Notes under the pieces: generated by a model | The model's database searches: none | Told to the model about the DNA's origin: nothing | What the model saw: only the letters and a program-made list of their open reading frames with translations | Assembly: GCA_964554305.1 (NCBI GenBank) | Contig: CAZKOE010000002.1 | Location: forward strand, 2,034-43,453 | Direction: 5' to 3' | Length of the DNA: 41,420 bases | From: an uncultured Gammaproteobacteria bacterium | Lineage (GTDB): Bacteria; Pseudomonadota; Gammaproteobacteria; JAKDMP01 | Part shown: in pieces, positions 28,258 through 37,699 of the stretch | Layout of the letters: each line of letters begins with the position of its first letter | How positions within the stretch are numbered: the stretch's first letter is position 1 | Program-made: the position numbers and the translations under genes

Positions 28258-29172
28258 TCAAGGCCCGTACCGGTTTTCGGCGGGAATGCGCCCGAGCTTG
28301 CTGTCGGGTCGACGCCCGAGCGCCGCGCTGATGAAGGCGCCGGCTTCGAGAAGCCGATCCATGTCCACGCCCGTGTCGATACTCATGCCGGTGAGCATGT
28401 AGAGCACATCCTCGGTGGCGACATTGCCGGTCGCGCCCCTGGCGTAGGGACAACCCCCGAGGCCCGAGGCGGAGCTGTCCACGGCGGCGACACCGAGTCC
28501 GAGGCAGGCGTGAATATTCGCGAGCGCCTGGCCGTAGGTGTCGTGAAAATGGACCGCGAGCTTCTCCATCGGCACTTCGGCGGCGACGGCGGCGAGCATC
28601 CGCTCTGCCTTGACCGGCGTGCCGACGCCGATGGTGTCGCCGAGCGAAATCTCGTAACAGCCGAGCGCGTCGAGTTGCCGCGCCACCCGCGCCACCGCCG
28701 CCGGTTCAATCGCGCCTTCGTATGGACAGCCGATGACGGTCGAAATATAGCCGCGCACGCGAATGTCATGCTCCGCGGCAAGCGCTGTCACCGGTTTGAA
28801 GCGTTCGATCGACTCGGCGATGGAGGCATTGATGTTCCTGCGGTTGAAACTTTCCGAAGCCGCCGTGAAAATCGAAACCTCTTTCGCGCCGGCCGCGAGC
28901 GCGCGCTGCATGCCCTTTTCGTTCGGCACCAGCACCGGGTAGGAGACGCTCGGTTTCTTCTCGATGCCGGCGAGAACTTCCGCTGCATCGGCGAGTTGCG
29001 GAATCCATTTCGGGCTCACGAAGCTCGTCGCCTCGATCGTTTTCAAGCCGGTCTGCGATAGCCGGTTGATGAATTCGACCTTGGTTGCGGCGGGCACAAT
29101 GTTCTTTTCGTTCTGCAGGCCGTCGCGCGGGCCGACTTCGACGATCTTCACGAACTTCGGATACGCGTTCAT
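28258..29172 (-). CDS. liuE: hydroxymethylglutaryl-CoA lyase
   Basis: [12 protein letters not shown] and GLGGCPYA motifs are present. ATG 29172 ([18 protein letters not shown]) fits the usual N-terminus. The listed GTG 29184 is an alternative start. Confidence 0.9.
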   Translation of the reverse strand: MNAYPKFVKIVEVGPRDGLQNEKNIVPAATKVEFINRLSQTGLKTIEATSFVSPKWIPQLADAAEVLAGIEKKPSVSYPVLVPNEKGMQRALAAGAKEVSIFTAASESFNRRNINASIAESIERFKPVTALAAEHDIRVRGYISTVIGCPYEGAIEPAAVARVARQLDALGCYEISLGDTIGVGTPVKAERMLAAVAAEVPMEKLAVHFHDTYGQALANIHACLGLGVAAVDSSASGLGGCPYARGATGNVATEDVLYMLTGMSIDTGVDMDRLLEAGAFISAALGRRPDSKLGRIPAENRYGP

Positions 29173-29265
29173 GATACGTGGCACCCGCAGGCCGGCATAA
29201 GCGCGAGACGTGTTGCCGGCATCCGCCGGGAATCGCCGGGAACGCTGCGCTTATCCCGGCCCAGG

Positions 29266-31253
29266 TTAATCGTCATCGGCTTCGATCTCCACCAGCGGCG
29301 CTTCGGCGTCCACCATGTCGCCCTCGGCGCACAGAAGTTTTCCGATGGTGCCGGCGACGCCGGCCTTGACGGTGTATTCCATCTTCATGCCTTCGAGCAC
29401 CAGCAGCGCCTGACCGATTTCGACCTTATCGCCGTCCTTGATGTGCACCGCGACTACGCGTCCCGGCATCGGACTCACCGGATGCGTCGCCGTGTCGGCG
29501 GCGTGCACGGAGGGCTGAGCGTGAATTCGAACACCTCGTCGTCCAGCGCCACCTGGTAACGGTCGCCGCAACGCAAGACCGTCGGATGATGGATCGTCCC
29601 GTTCAGTCGGAAACTTTGGAATGCTTCACCCGGAACGTCCAGATCCGGCACGTCCCCACCCGTATGAATACTTTCGCCGAGCGTGAAGTGAAACCGCGCC
29701 TCGTTGCCTTCGATGCGAATCATCTCTTCCCTGCCGTCGTTTCCGCGTAGCAGCAAGCGGCGTCCGCGCGAGCCGTCGAGCCGCCAGCCGTCCGAATCCC
29801 AGGGTTGGGCGGGGAGATACCGGGTATGCGGTACTTGCTCCGCCAGCGCGGCGGCGATTGCCGCCGATGTGAGCGCGGGGCGTTCCAGCAGCGTTTGGAG
29901 TTCGCCTTCGATGAAGCCGGTGTCGAAATCGCCTTTTGCGAAGGCCGGATGCCGGGCGATACCGCGCAGCAACGGCAAGTTGGTGACGAGTCCGAACACG
30001 GCAGTTTCACCGAGCGTCGAGCGCAGGTATTTGATGGTCTCGGCACGATTCTCGCCGTGTACGCTGATTTTGGCGATCATTGGATCGTAGAAAATGGAAA
30101 TGTTATCACCGCTGCGTACGCCGGTGTCCACGCGCGTAATCTCATCCCAGGGATAATCGAAGGAGTCAATGTGCCCTGTTACCGGCAGGAATCCCTTATC
30201 GGTATTTTCGGCGTAAAGGCGCACTTCGATTGCATGGCCTTGCGTCTTGATCTGTTGTTGAGTGAGCGGTAGTTTTTCGCCGCAGGCGACACGAAGCTGC
30301 CATTCGACGAGATCGAGACCGGTGATTTCTTCCGTGATGGGGTGTTCGACCTGCAGGCGCGTATTCATTTCCATGAAATGAAATGCCTTGTCGGCGCCTA
30401 CGATGAATTCGATGGTGCCGGCATTCACATAATTCACGGCGCGAGCGGCGGCGACGGCGGCTTCGCCCATCTTTGCGCGTGTGGCATCGTCCAGGAACGG
30501 CGATGGCGTTTCTTCCACAACCTTCTGGAAGCGTCGCTGCAGCGTGCATTCGCGCTCGAAGACATGCACTGCATTGCCGTGGCTGTCGCCGAAGACCTGA
30601 AATTCGATATGGCGAGGGCGCTCAATGTACTTTTCGAGCAGCACCTTGTCGTCGCCGAAGGCGCCCTTGGCTTCGCGTTTCGCGCCGCCGAGCGCATCCT
30701 TGAATTCCTCGGCGTCGTGGACGACGCGCATGCCCTTGCCACCGCCGCCCGCCGTGGCCTTGATCATCAACGGGAAACCGATTTTCATCTACGTGAAACT
30801 TTTTTTCTTCGCTTCATCTTCGAGCTTGTTCTGGCTATGGTCATCGCCGTGATAGCCGGGTGTTACCGGCACGTCGGCCTTTTCCATGAGCGCCTTGGCC
30901 GCGCTTTTCGAGGCCATCGAGTCCATGCTTTCCGGCGATGGGCCGATGAACACGATCCCGGCCTTCCGGCAGCGGCGCGCGAATTCGCTGTTCTCGGACA
31001 GAAAACCATAGCCCGGATGAATCGCCTCGGCGCCGGTCTCTTTTGCAGCGGCGAGGATGCGATCCATATCGAGGTAGGATTCGGCGGCCGGCGCGGCGCC
31101 GATGTGTACCGCCTCGTCGGCTTTTTCGACATGGAGTGCTCGGCGGTCGGCATCCGAATAAACGCCCACCGTCGCCACGCCAAGCCGGCGGCAGGTCTGG
31201 ACCACCCGGCAGGCAATTTCGCCGCGGTTGGCGATCAGGATTTTCTTGAACAT
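29266..31253 (-). pseudogene. liuD: methylcrotonoyl-CoA carboxylase alpha (biotin carboxylase + biotinyl carrier), interrupted by an in-frame TAG and a frameshift
   Basis: Three collinear pieces are present. Piece 31253..30789 is the BC N-domain ([12 protein letters not shown] ... GYHGDD). Piece 30788..29475 is the ATP-grasp and C-domain (IGFPLMIKATAGGGGKGMRVV). Piece ~29515..29266 is the biotinyl domain (PMPGRVVAV, LEGMKME). TAG 30791-30789 is directly followed by ATG 30788 in the same frame, and the frame changes near 29505-29525. Confidence 0.75.
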
Positions 31254-31341
31254 ATGCCAATTTTACAGGGTAGCGCGCCCGGCAGTGCCGATCACCGCCC
31301 CTCTTCGCGAGATCCGGGGATTCCAGGACGCAACGACCCCA

Positions 31342-31653
31342 TTATTCGCCTTCCAGTAGTCGCGGGAATTCTCGCGGCGTGCGAGATGACGGAAACGTTG
31401 CGGCTTGTCGTGTTGACCGGGCGGCGGATTCGCATACACGCCGAATTTTCCGGAATCCGGGTAGTGGAACAGGCAGTTGCGCTTGCTTGGTGTCACGACG
31501 GTCAGGTTGTAGCACGAACTTGCGCGCACCGGTGCGACTCGCGATCTCGCCCCAGAGGATGTCGTAATCGGCGGCTGTGCCGCCCTTGAGGGCCTGTTCC
31601 GGCGTGGCGCTTTGCAGCTCCGGGTTGGCAAGGTTGAGAGCCGGAGTCATCAT
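31342..31653 (-). pseudogene. decayed tandem duplicate of the adjacent cupin gene
   Basis: The start ATGATG overlaps the upstream cupin stop. MTPALNLANPELQ, TGARKF, then (after a frame change) CYNLTVVTPSKRNCLFHY is fused directly to PDSGKFGVYA...SRDYW. This parallels the intact copy but lacks the cupin core, and at least two frame changes are present. Confidence 0.5.
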
Positions 31654-32174
31654 TCTCCCTCCCAGTAATCGCGCGTGTCTTCGGTGCGCCCGATGTGGGT
31701 GAAAAACTGCGGTCGCCCGCTGGCATCGGGATCGAAGTGCGCCAGCACGCCGAACTTGCCCGAGTCGGGATACCCGCAGATTTCGGGCGTTTCGTTGGTA
31801 CTCACCGCGAAGACGCGCAGCTCGGTCTCGCCGATGTTGACGATCTGGTGCGCCGTTTCCGCGCCGCCGGGCGGGCAGGCGACGATGTCGCCGGCGCGCA
31901 GCGGGTAGCGGGTCTCGCCGTAGCGCAATTCTCCCGTGCCTTCGAGCACGAAAAACATCTCCTCGTTCACGCGGTGGCTGTGGAAGGGGAAGGCGCACTT
32001 GCCGGGCGCGATCACGGTGACGTTATAGCCGAGCTTGTGTGCACCGAGGGGGCGCGACAGGGAAGCCATGCGGCCGCCGTAGCGCTCGGAGGGCATTTCC
32101 GAACCCATGCGGCGCGATTGCTCGGCGAGATCGGTGTATTCGGCGTCGGCGACGTTGAGAATCGGTGGCTTCAT
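31650..32174 (-). CDS. cupin domain-containing protein
   Basis: AAGGAA lies before ATG 32174. Cupin motifs FPFHSHRVNEEMFFVLEGTGELRYG and GDIVACPPGG..HQIVN are present. Confidence 0.75.
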   Translation of the reverse strand: MKPPILNVADAEYTDLAEQSRRMGSEMPSERYGGRMASLSRPLGAHKLGYNVTVIAPGKCAFPFHSHRVNEEMFFVLEGTGELRYGETRYPLRAGDIVACPPGGAETAHQIVNIGETELRVFAVSTNETPEICGYPDSGKFGVLAHFDPDASGRPQFFTHIGRTEDTRDYWEGE

Positions 32175-32185
32175 GGTTGGATTCC

Positions 32186-32722
32186 TTATTGCCCCTGAGT
32201 TTCTTGACATGCAGTGGCAGGATGGGACGAACTGACTTCAAGTGGTACGGTGGGAGCGTATTTCGCCTTCGGCGAATACTTGATCGATCCGGAACATACC
32301 TCACCCTCGGGCGATCCTTCTAGCCAGCGTTCCAGCTGTTTTGTCCTTGCTTGGGTGAGAGATCCCCGGTATTGCGCTTCGCACATCGGGATCACGGTTG
32401 GGCGACCACTCTCATCAGCGTGTGGATACGCCATTTTTATCTGGGCATCGCGGTACTCAAGCCAAGCCTTTTGCGATGCCTGCAAGGCTTTGATGAAAAC
32501 CGGGTCTTTGGCATATTCCTTGAGAATCTGTTTGTATACGTTATCGAGCTTTTCCTGGGCATTATGAGCATGTTTCCCGGCGCATTGGTCGAGTTCGTAT
32601 TGGGTCATGGCCGTCTGCCAGCAACCTCGAGTCCCTTTCGTGCTATTTGCATAGGCTGTTGCTGTCAACGAGAGGGTGCAAATCAGAAAGAGCGTAAGCC
32701 ATCTTGTACGTGACAGGTTCAC
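32186..32722 (-). CDS. DUF1311 (LprI-like) family secreted protein
   Basis: GTG 32722 overlaps the liuC stop (GTGA). Signal peptide ...WLTLFLICTLSLTATAYA. DUF1311 pattern TQYELDQCAGK...LDNVYKQIL...LQASQKAWLEYRDAQ...C. The gene is visibly AT-richer than its neighbours. Confidence 0.7.
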   Translation of the reverse strand: MNLSRTRWLTLFLICTLSLTATAYANSTKGTRGCWQTAMTQYELDQCAGKHAHNAQEKLDNVYKQILKEYAKDPVFIKALQASQKAWLEYRDAQIKMAYPHADESGRPTVIPMCEAQYRGSLTQARTKQLERWLEGSPEGEVCSGSIKYSPKAKYAPTVPLEVSSSHPATACQETQGQ

Positions 32723-33516
32723 TGATGGATACTCCAACCGGGCTTGCGCTTGTCGAGAAAGGCGCCAATGCCTTCCTGTCCTTCGGACGAGACGCGCAGA
32801 CGGGCGATGAGTTCGGCGTTCGCGGCGTCGGTTTCCTTCGCTGCATCTGGCGTCATTCCCGCCGTGCGCAGTGCCAGCGCCTTCGCTTCGCGCTGCGCAA
32901 GGGGGCCGCCCTTCAGCAGGTAGTGGAGAATGCGATCCAGCGTGTCGTCCAGCGCGCCCGCGGCGACGCAATGGTGCAGCAGGCCGATGCGCGCAGCCTC
33001 GGCCGCGTCGAAGATCTCACCGTTGACGAACAGCCGTCGAGCCTGGCGCAGACCGATCGCGGCGACCACGTAGGGCGCGATGGTGGCGGGCGCGAGGCCG
33101 AGCTTGACTTCCGAGAGCGAGAATTTCGCGCCTTCCACGCCGATGGCGATGTCGCAGCAGACGACGAGCCCGATGCCGCCGCCGTAGGCCGCGCCGTTCA
33201 CCCGCGCGAGCGTCGGCTTGGGGAAGAAGTTGAGCGTGCGCAGCATCTTTGCGAGCCGCAGGGCATCCTCGCGGTTCTCGGCTTCGCTGGCCTTCGCCAT
33301 GCCGCGCATCCACTCGAGGTCGGCACCGGCGGAAAACGTTGCGCCCGCGCCCGTCAGTACCACGACACGCACGGAATCGTCCGTTTCCAGCGCTTCGATC
33401 TTTGCCGTCAACTCGGCGATCAACGCATCGTCGAAAGCGTTGTGCTTCTTCGGACGGTTGAGCGTGAGCGTCGCGACACCGCGCGCGTCGGTTTCCAGCA
33501 AAACCTTGGCCGTCAT
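32719..33516 (-). CDS. liuC: enoyl-CoA hydratase family protein (putative methylglutaconyl-CoA hydratase)
   Basis: Crotonase fold with VVVLTGAGATFSAGADL. It lies between the carboxylase beta gene and the rest of the liu cluster. Confidence 0.8.
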   Translation of the reverse strand: MTAKVLLETDARGVATLTLNRPKKHNAFDDALIAELTAKIEALETDDSVRVVVLTGAGATFSAGADLEWMRGMAKASEAENREDALRLAKMLRTLNFFPKPTLARVNGAAYGGGIGLVVCCDIAIGVEGAKFSLSEVKLGLAPATIAPYVVAAIGLRQARRLFVNGEIFDAAEAARIGLLHHCVAAGALDDTLDRILHYLLKGGPLAQREAKALALRTAGMTPDAAKETDAANAELIARLRVSSEGQEGIGAFLDKRKPGWSIHQ

Positions 33517-33709
33517 GCACGTTCTCGTTCGTTATTTCCGCCTAGTTTATCGCCACTGCGTTTTTCGATGGATGCCGAAATCCGGTCGAGCCGGAAACCC
33601 GGTACGTCGATTCCTTCGTGAGCGCGGCTGCACCGTGCAAGCCGCCGGATCGAAACTCGCCCCGATTCGGATGAGGCCGGAGAAAGTCGGCAGGTGACGG
33701 CGCTCTGCC

Positions 33710-35320
33710 TTACATGCGGAAGACGCCGTAGCGGGCACCGGGTTCGGGCGGGGCATTTTCGGCGGTGGCGAGCGCCATGCCGAGAATGCGGCGGGTGTCG
33801 GCGGGATCTATCACGCCGTCGTCCCACAGGCGAGCGGTGGAGTAGTAGGGATGGCCTTGCATTTCGTACTGTTCGCGGAGCGGTTGCTTGAAGGCTTCCT
33901 CTTCCTTGTCGCTCCACTGCCCGCCCTTCGCTTCGATGCCGTCGCGCTTGACTGTTGCGAGTACGCTTGCGGCCTGCTCGCCACCCATGACGGAGATGCG
34001 CGCATTTGGCCACATCCATAAAAACCGTGCGCCGTAGGCGCGTCCGCACATGGCGTAGTTGCCCGCGCCGAATGAGCCGCCGATCAATACCGTGAACTTG
34101 GGCACGCTCGCGCAGGCGACGGCCATCACCATTTTCGCACCGTCCTTGGCAATGCCGCCGGCTTCGTATTTCGCGCCGACCATGAAGCCGGTGATGTTCT
34201 GCAGGAACACGAGCGGAATGCGGCGCTGTTCGCACAGCTCGATGAAGTGTGTGCCCTTGAGGGCGCTCTCGGAGAACAGAATGCCGTTGTTGGCGATGAT
34301 GCCGACGGGATAGCCGTAGAGATGTGCGAAGCCGGTGACGAGCGTCTTGCCGTAGTTCGTCTTGAATTCCTGGAACTCGGAGCCGTCCACGAGCCGCGCG
34401 ATGACTTCGTGCACGTCGTAGGGGAAGCGGGTCTCGGTCGGCACGACGCCGTAGAGTTCGTCGGCCGGATAACGGGGTTCGACGCTTTGCTGTTTCGTGA
34501 GCCAATTCGGGCGTGTGTAGTTGAAATGCGCGACGATGTCACGGGTGATGGCGAGCGCATGCGCGTCGTCATCGGCGAGATGATCGGTAACACCGGAGAC
34601 TTTGCTGTGCAGTTCGCCGCCGCCGAGCGCTTCGGCATCCACCACCTCGCCGGTCGCGGCCTTCACGAGCGGCGGGCCGCCGAGGAAGATCGTGCCCTGG
34701 TTGCGCACGATGATCGCCTCGTCGCACATCGCCGGGACGTAGGCGCCGCCCGCGGTGCAGGAGCCCATGACGACCGCGATCTGCGGGATGCGCGCGCGCG
34801 AAAGCCGGGCCTGATTGTAGAAGATGCGCCCGAAGTGTTCCTTGTCCGGGAAGACTTCGTCCTGCAAGGGGAGAAACGCGCCGCCGGAGTCCACGAGGTA
34901 AATGCACGGCAGGCGGTTTTCGAGTGCCACCTCCTGCGCGCGCAAATGTTTCTTGACCGTTATCGGAAAGTAGGTGCCGCCTTTCACGGTGGCGTCGTTG
35001 GCGACGACCATCACCTCGCGCCCGTGCACGCGGCCGATGCCGGCGACAACACCGGCGGCGGGCGCGGCACCGTCATACATCCCGTGTGCGGCGAGCGCCG
35101 AGAGTTCGAGAAACGGCGAGCCGGGATCGAACAGCGCCTCGATGCGATCGCGCGGCAGCAGTTTACCGCGATCCAGATGCTTCTTGCGCGCTCGCTCGCT
35201 CCCGCCTTTCGCCGTTTTCATCAGTTTTTCGCGCAGACCCGCGACCAGGGCTTTCATGTGGTCGCGGTTGGCGGCAAATTCCTTGCCGTTGCGATCGATC
35301 GCTGATTTGATGACGGGCAT
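33710..35320 (-). CDS. liuB: methylcrotonoyl-CoA carboxylase beta subunit (carboxyltransferase)
   Basis: The 536 aa length and two-lobed carboxyltransferase sequence are typical of the MCCase beta family (…[11 protein letters not shown]…, …[16 protein letters not shown]…). Context is with the alpha subunit, the hydratase and HMG-CoA lyase. Confidence 0.9.
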   Translation of the reverse strand: MPVIKSAIDRNGKEFAANRDHMKALVAGLREKLMKTAKGGSERARKKHLDRGKLLPRDRIEALFDPGSPFLELSALAAHGMYDGAAPAAGVVAGIGRVHGREVMVVANDATVKGGTYFPITVKKHLRAQEVALENRLPCIYLVDSGGAFLPLQDEVFPDKEHFGRIFYNQARLSRARIPQIAVVMGSCTAGGAYVPAMCDEAIIVRNQGTIFLGGPPLVKAATGEVVDAEALGGGELHSKVSGVTDHLADDDAHALAITRDIVAHFNYTRPNWLTKQQSVEPRYPADELYGVVPTETRFPYDVHEVIARLVDGSEFQEFKTNYGKTLVTGFAHLYGYPVGIIANNGILFSESALKGTHFIELCEQRRIPLVFLQNITGFMVGAKYEAGGIAKDGAKMVMAVACASVPKFTVLIGGSFGAGNYAMCGRAYGARFLWMWPNARISVMGGEQAASVLATVKRDGIEAKGGQWSDKEEEAFKQPLREQYEMQGHPYYSTARLWDDGVIDPADTRRILGMALATAENAPPEPGARYGVFRM

Positions 35321-35452
35321 GCTCGCTTCCTGTACGCGTCCGGACTAGTTTAGCCGCTGGGGCCGCTGCGGCCGGCCGTTCCCCGATCCGTTTCCGTTGC
35401 TCGCCGTCTTCCTGCGAGGGTGGTTTCGGTGGCTTTGGACCGGTGGCCAGCA

Positions 35453-35489
35453 CACAAAAATTACACTATGTATAATAATGTACTTTGTG
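35453..35489. promoter_or_regulatory. candidate TetR operator palindrome overlapping a TATAAT box in the liuB / TetR divergent region
   Basis: CACAAAAATTACA (35453-35465) and TGTACTTTGTG (35479-35489) form an imperfect inverted repeat around ctatgTATAATaa. TATAAT is at 35471-35476. This is the only strongly AT-rich patch in the spacer. Confidence 0.4.
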
Positions 35490-35506
35490 AAACAGCTGCT
35501 ACGGGC

Positions 35507-36178
35507 TTGAAAACCGAGCCGGACAAACCGAACCGTCGCCGGCGCAAGCGCCAGCGGATGTTGCGGCACCTGGCCGATACCGCGGCAAGCCTGTTTGCGA
35601 CGCAAGGCTACGAAGCCGTGACGATGGAGCGGATCGCCGAGCAAGCGGATGTCGCCAGACGGACGCTTTACAATCATTTTCCTGCGAAAGACGCCGTGCT
35701 CGGGTATTGGGTCGAGACGGAGCTGGCGCGCGATCTCGCGCGTCTGGAAGGCGAGCTGGCGATGCACGGGAGCTTTCGCGAGCGGATTGTCTGCGTACTC
35801 GATGCGTCCGCCGATTGGTGCGAAAAACATCCGGCCTGGCTGCGAATCTATCTTCGCCACGGACTCATGAATGCCCGGGTGGCGGAAGGCGATGCGGAGG
35901 AGGCCAACGGCAGCGACATCCTGGGCCTGTGGCAACGGCTGATCGAACAGGGCCGTCAAGCCGGGGAACTGGACAGCTGGTGTTCTGCCGACCGGCTCGC
36001 CCTGTGGTTTCATCATCTGTACCTCGGCGCCTTGTTGCGATGGCTGAATGTGCCCGGTTCGTCGCTCCGGGATGAATTTCGATCCATCACCCGGCTGTTC
36101 GTCGAGGGTGTCGGCACGACGACAAAATCCGGAAAGTCGCACGGTCGCGGCAAGCCCGCGACGGAGGGTTCGCCGTGA
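35507..36178 (+). CDS. TetR/AcrR family transcriptional regulator
   Basis: HTH segment VTMERIAEQADVARRTLYNHFPAKDAVL. TTG 35507 is preferred because GC-rich third-position codon usage begins there. ATG 35468 lies inside the AT-rich operator/TATAAT patch, and the listed start is 35420. The start is uncertain. Confidence 0.8.
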   Translation: MKTEPDKPNRRRRKRQRMLRHLADTAASLFATQGYEAVTMERIAEQADVARRTLYNHFPAKDAVLGYWVETELARDLARLEGELAMHGSFRERIVCVLDASADWCEKHPAWLRIYLRHGLMNARVAEGDAEEANGSDILGLWQRLIEQGRQAGELDSWCSADRLALWFHHLYLGALLRWLNVPGSSLRDEFRSITRLFVEGVGTTTKSGKSHGRGKPATEGSP

Positions 36179-37638
36179 GCGCGGATTCCGTCGTCGTCAT
36201 CGGGGCCGGGCTGGCCGGCCTGTCGGCCGCGATCCGGCTCGGCAATCGGGGGCGGTCGGTGACGGTTCTGGAGGCCGGAGCGGAGGCGGGCGGCTGTTGT
36301 TCCACCACCGACGTGGACGGATTTCGCTTCAACAACGGGGCGATCTATGTCACGACGCCGGCGTCTCTGCGGCGTATTTTTGGCCGGTTGGACATGGACC
36401 TTGACGCCTGCCTCCGTTTGCGCGCGATCGCGACGCCGCAGTTGAGCATCGTCGGAAACGGAACCCGCGTGTTCACGACGAGCGCGGAGGGTTCGTGGGT
36501 CGAAGGCGATGACGCCGCGCGCCGCACTGCCCGCTACCGCGACGAACTCGAGCGGCTCCGCCGCGAATGGCGCCCCGTTTACCGGCGTCTTGTTGACGAC
36601 GTTCTTCCGTACGAGTTTTCCACGTTCAGAATGTTGGCCCGGCTCTGGCGCTACCTGCCGCGCATGACCGGTACGGTGGCAGATTTGTTTAACCGGTGCT
36701 TTTCCGATCCGGAAGTTCGCGCAGCCGCTGGGGCGATCACGCTCTATACCGGGCTTGCGCCGCGGCATACTCCGGTCACGCAAATCATCGGGCTGATGGC
36801 GCTGCTCGAAGAGGGCTTCTTTCTCCCCGAGGGCGGGATGGGCGGCATCACGGCGGCGCTTGCCCGCAGGGCCATGCGTAACGGCACGGAAGTCAGGCTG
36901 AATGCGAGGGTCGAGCGCATCGAATGCGTCCACGGGAGGCTCAAGGGCGTATGGCTCGCCGGCGGCGAGTTCGTGCCCGCCGCAGCTGTCATTGCGACCA
37001 ACTCCGCTGTGGACACAATCATTAATTTGTTGGATCCAGAGGCTATTCCGTCGAGGCTTCGGCGACGTGCGGATCGGGCCGCCCTGTCGCACCGGGCCGT
37101 TTCGGTGCAACTCGGCGTTCGCTGGGCCGACGATCAACTGGCGCCTGCGTTTGCCGTCAATCGCGTTCCTTTGCTCGACGAGCAATATCGGTTCCATCGG
37201 CCTGCGGGGAATGATGTGCGCTGGTTCGGCTACACCGAACCGACCGGCGTCCTGCCGGCGCTGGCGCCCGCGGGCTCGGCCGTCGTCGAGATGTTCGCGC
37301 CCGTACCCGCCGGGCTGCCGGCGGAGCGGATCGGCCCGGATCGGGCGGCGGAGATTGCCGAGCGGTACATCGAGGCGTTGCAGAAGGGTCGGCCCTGCCG
37401 GGTTCTCGCCCGGCGCATTCTCGCGCCGGGCGATTTTGCCCGCGAACGGCATTTGTACAAAGGCGCGCTCTACGGCCTCTCGCCGGGCCTGAAGCCCGCC
37501 GACTACTTCCCGCGCAGGGTCGGTTCGACGGGCCTCTATCTGGCGGGGCAAACGACCTGGCCGGGCTATGGTGTCCCGCCCGCCATGCTGTCAGGACTGC
37601 ATGCGGCCGATGCGATCCTGAATGCGCGGCGGCCCTGA
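36175..37638 (+). CDS. FAD/NAD(P)-dependent oxidoreductase, phytoene desaturase (CrtI)-like family
   Basis: GTG 36175 overlaps the TetR stop (GTGA), with GGAGGG upstream. Dinucleotide fold VVVIGAGLAGLSAAIRLGNRGRSVTVLEAGAEAGG. 487 aa. Confidence 0.8.
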   Translation: MSADSVVVIGAGLAGLSAAIRLGNRGRSVTVLEAGAEAGGCCSTTDVDGFRFNNGAIYVTTPASLRRIFGRLDMDLDACLRLRAIATPQLSIVGNGTRVFTTSAEGSWVEGDDAARRTARYRDELERLRREWRPVYRRLVDDVLPYEFSTFRMLARLWRYLPRMTGTVADLFNRCFSDPEVRAAAGAITLYTGLAPRHTPVTQIIGLMALLEEGFFLPEGGMGGITAALARRAMRNGTEVRLNARVERIECVHGRLKGVWLAGGEFVPAAAVIATNSAVDTIINLLDPEAIPSRLRRRADRAALSHRAVSVQLGVRWADDQLAPAFAVNRVPLLDEQYRFHRPAGNDVRWFGYTEPTGVLPALAPAGSAVVEMFAPVPAGLPAERIGPDRAAEIAERYIEALQKGRPCRVLARRILAPGDFARERHLYKGALYGLSPGLKPADYFPRRVGSTGLYLAGQTTWPGYGVPPAMLSGLHAADAILNARRP

Positions 37639-37699
37639 TACAAACGCGAGGCCTGCGCCGGTCGCCGGAAAGTCGCGGCGCCGTCGTTGGCGGATGCGT

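Noticed and set aside
30789-30791. In-frame TAG in liuD as programmed recoding (pyrrolysine or read-through)
   Set aside because: Nothing in the window supports it: there are no pyl genes, and TAG is used as an ordinary stop elsewhere (for example panB). The adjacent ATG and a second lesion, the frameshift, fit disruption or restart better. It is kept only as a remote possibility inside the liuD finding.
33517-33709. 193-bp spacer between liuB and liuC with short hairpins (tccgg-tcgag-ccgga; ccggatcg...cgattcgg)
   Set aside because: The stems are short and imperfect, there is no T-run and no similarity to the other two repeat elements. That is insufficient to call a REP, terminator or riboswitch.
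36013-37551. 512-aa minus-strand ORF
   Set aside because: It is antisense to the CrtI-like oxidoreductase, which has a clear GxGxxG fold. The minus-strand product is Arg/Pro-rich with no motifs.
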